Below, in pieces: positions 60,801 to 64,000 of a stretch of DNA of 64,000 nt. The translations under genes and the position numbers were made by a program. Origin of the DNA: Podarcis cretensis (Eukaryota). The DNA lies in assembly GCA_951804945.1 (NCBI GenBank), contig OX638154.1, positions 48,484,001 to 48,548,000 of the forward strand. Direction: 5' to 3'. Every line of letters starts with the position of its first letter. Position 1 is the first letter of the stretch. Below the pieces are notes generated by a model. It was not told the origin of the DNA and searched no databases. It was given only the letters and a program-made list of their open reading frames with translations.

Positions 60801-62531
60801 TGAACATCTGTTTATGCCTTTGGCATCCAAGTGGGGACAGTGGTTTTCCAGGCTTTCATCAGCCACGTCCTCCAGGACTAACTGAAGCTTAGTAGGGTTT
60901 TATCAATGAATTGTTCATTATTTTCATGATTGACCCATTATAATTCTGACTCCCTCAGAGACCAAGTGCTCATACCTGATGTAATGCAAAAGAATGCTAG
61001 CTGCTCTCTATTCGCTATATAAAATATATTCATTGCAGTAGCCCCTGAATCACAACACTTCATATTTTGTGGCTTGAAGAGGTGTTCTGCAAGGATGGAG
61101 ACAACTTTCCAAGGTAGCTACATTTTTGCGTTTTTCAAGGTCTTTGGAATATTCAAGGGAAATGTAGTTGAAGCTTATGGTTAAAATATGTTTTTATGAA
61201 AAAATCACAGCATTAGCTTAGCTTCTAAGACACTTTGTGTGTTAGACAGCTAAAGCTCCAGTATGCTCTCATTCTGCCATCTAGGTGAGTTTGTTTTCAG
61301 CAACTTTGCAGTGGCATGGATAATACAACTGTGGGTTGAGCAAGGAACAGGGTGAAGCAACCATAAAACCATATCTTCATTCCATCTTCATTCCATGCCA
61401 TACCATGCCATTCCAAGGTTTGGAAGGGCTAGAAGCAAAGCAGAAAATGCCACCCCCTCACCACTGAGCACCCACAGCACTCCCACCCACCTGCTCCTCC
61501 TCCATTGCACACCTGCAGCCAGGCACCCACCTACGCACCAGCTGCCACCTGTTGTTAGCACGGGGAGGTTAAGCACACAGAAGGGGGGGGGGAGGTCAGC
61601 AAGCACAGGCCATGCTTCACGGAGGCTGGGTCTGCCACCGCTCCCATCTTTCCAGAGCCTGTCACCCCAAGGAAACTGCCTCATCTCACCTCATGGATCG
61701 GCCAACCCTGGAAGTGACCCACAGTTTCATCCAGAACGATCCCACCCAAACTCATAACTATATATTATGTGTACCTGGTCCAATTCTCCCGTTCCTCCTC
61801 CCATGTGCCCCTGCACCTCCCCCAATCTGCTTTACAGAGTTGGGGGGAACCCAAAGCAGAGCTGGGGTGTGAAGTACAAGGGGCATACAGGGGAGGGTGG
61901 AAAAGGAAGTTCAGTTCAACAACTGGAAGCTTTCCTGCTTGAATTTCCCCTCTTAAAAATCAAATTGTCCCTCTGTGGAGCATGTGCCCCACATTGGGAC
62001 CCACAAGTCTAAACTGAAACTTACTTAACTGCTGAGAGCATTCAAAAAATCATCTCCCTGAACACCTGAGCCTGGCCTTCCAATCCAAAAAGTCCACACC
62101 TGTGCCCTGAGAAAGTTCCAGCAGACTGTATCTGTTACTGGACTCAAGGTGATTTCATATCTCAAGCTGTCTGAATAATAGCTCTGGGAAAGAGCAAGCC
62201 TTTCACACTTGCCTGCTGTTCCTTATGTTGGCAGTCCTGCTAGATATTCAAGAAGATGAAAGGGCCATGAAATCAGTAACAGTGAGCTTTTCTGTTGTTT
62301 TTACCCAGTGGCAAGTTATCCTTTCCTCTGGAAGTATAAGCCTTCCGTGAAAGGTAAGAAGGGAGGACCTGCCCTACCAGATTCATGCCTGGTGTGATTA
62401 TATCTGCTATATCCAAACATCTGCACACGTGCTCCAGTTCTTTCTGAGAGTGTAAACATGCAGGAATAGGCAGCTGTCCCATACAGTGACCAAACCTACA
62501 ACCTTGGCATTAGCAGCATCATGTTCTAACC

Positions 62532-63091
62532 CAGTGGCTTTCAACCAGTGTGTCATGGTACCCTGGGGTGCCTTGAATGATGGTCAGGAGTGCCATGGGC
62601 AATACTGGCCCCTGGCCCTCTTTCTGTCCCTCCCTCCTCTGATGCCCTCTCTCATCTATGCTTCCCAAAGGCTTGCACAGCTGTTTGTTGCAGCAGCCAT
62701 AGCTACAAGCTCCTCAGGCGAATGATGCCTCTGGCAGGGGGTGCTGTTGCTGGAGTAAGTAAGCAAGTGGGAAAGGGAGCCCAGCCAGCCACCAGCCCTC
62801 ACTGTTGGGAATGGAGAGACAAGTTCCAGGCCCCTGAGGGGCAGTGTGAGGAAACATCTCTCTTTGGGGCTGGGCAGTTCAGAGACCAGGGGTGGCAGCA
62901 GCAGCTGCCCAAAGGACTCCCGAGGAGAGGTGGCTGAGGGAACACTCAACAATGGAGGGAGTAGGGGCGAGGGGCTGCCAGCTCTGCAGACAAGGGGTGA
63001 CATAACTGGGCTCCTGAGCCCCACAGGGGTGCTTCAGAAAGAATGTAGTTGGTCAAGGGAGCCATGGACTCAAAAAGGTTGAAAACATCTG
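62532..63091. mobile_element. hAT-type non-autonomous DNA transposon
   Basis: Imperfect TIRs CAGTGGCTTTCAACC / GGTTGAAAACATCTG; perfect 8-bp TSD TTCTAACC (62524-62531, 63092-63099). Confidence 0.78.
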
Positions 63092-64000
63092 TTCTAACCA
63101 ACAGAGCTATCAAGGCTGACTGCACATGATACTCTCCTGTGGCCTTGGCTGATTTTGACTGTTGTTTTTTTTTTTTTTAACACACACAGCATTTTTCCAT
63201 TACATGTACTCATATCTTTTGCAAGAAGGCACCCATGTGACTTTGAGGGTAGGCTTTATAAGTCTGAAACATGCCACGTTCTGGATTCTTGTCCTAGGTG
63301 CACCAGATCAAACCTTTGGCTTACTGCTAAGAAGCAATGAAGAGCCCTTGGGTTTTGTTGCTGCTGACACTTGCCTTGGCAGAGACCTTTTCTAGCCAAA
63401 GAGGACTCATCTTCAATCTGGTAAGAGGTTACTGGGTACTCTTGCTGTACCCTTTCCAGAAGCATTCCTGATGCGAGGGGTTTGCCATGTGTCTGGCTCT
63501 TGGGATTCTCTCTAGTATTGAAATTGCTACCCAGTCATGTAATTGGGAAAGACTTTTACGGGAGTTCTTCAGACACTTTGTTTGATTTATGCATATGATC
63601 CATTTCAAGATTCATTTCAGAAATGCTTTAGTTGCCCCAGTTCACTTTAGGAATAGGAGTATCAAATAAACACTTTGAGCATTAGGGTACTCTAGGATAT
63701 CAGCATAAAAACCTGCTTATATGGGAAGTTTCTTTTGTGAGGTTGAGGGATGATGACAACACAGTATCTCTAGTGGCAGCTTGGAAAGGACATGAGTGCG
63801 GCAGAATCAACTTTATGTTACTTAAATATAAGGTCCATAAGATTCCATGAAATCCTCTATTCAGGGACTATAGACCTGTGAGAGCTGGGTTTGGCTTCCA
63901 GCTTTCGTATCACTCCCTTGGTTGGCTGGCTTTGTTCTCTGCTATGCTTTGGGAATGGATGGTGGTTCGTCTGGCCTTCATCTTCATGCTAAAGATAAAA

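Noticed and set aside
61380-64000. ORFs at the right end as a next gene (a colipase-family gene is expected beyond LHFPL5 by human synteny)
   Set aside because: No recognisable exon or Cys-rich colipase motif; these ORFs lie in repeats or low-complexity DNA.

Overview
Eukaryotic (vertebrate) genomic DNA. Sauria-type SINEs, CR1, Penelope-like and MITE repeats point to a squamate reptile, possibly a lacertid lizard (inference). Three spliced protein-coding genes were reconstructed by hand from splice signals and reading-frame continuity. (1) MAPK14 (p38-alpha): coding exons 1-8 on the minus strand (16532 to 1532), with the gene continuing beyond the left edge. (2) SRPK1: complete, 16 coding exons on the plus strand (18644-50617, 1995 nt, 664 aa). 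(3) LHFPL5 (TMHS): complete, 3 coding exons on the minus strand (60169-54531, 666 nt, 221 aa). MAPK14 and SRPK1 are head-to-head only about 2.1 kb apart across a split CpG island, with no room for SLC26A8, which lies between them in human. Both kinase genes contain a U12-type (minor spliceosome) intron, and SRPK1 exon 7 sits between a U12 acceptor and a GC donor. SRPK1 and LHFPL5 converge, with opposed AATAAA signals about 50 nt apart. The introns carry many transposon insertions: a 1.6-kb poly(A)-tailed, TSD-flanked L1-like element without long ORFs, a perfect 69-bp Penelope-derived hairpin with a broken hammerhead motif, nested TA-target MITEs, hAT MITEs, solo LTRs and a 5S-derived SINE. Almost all other ORFs in the supplied track are spurious. 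I found no clearly new biological system; the best candidates are regulatory and architectural hypotheses.
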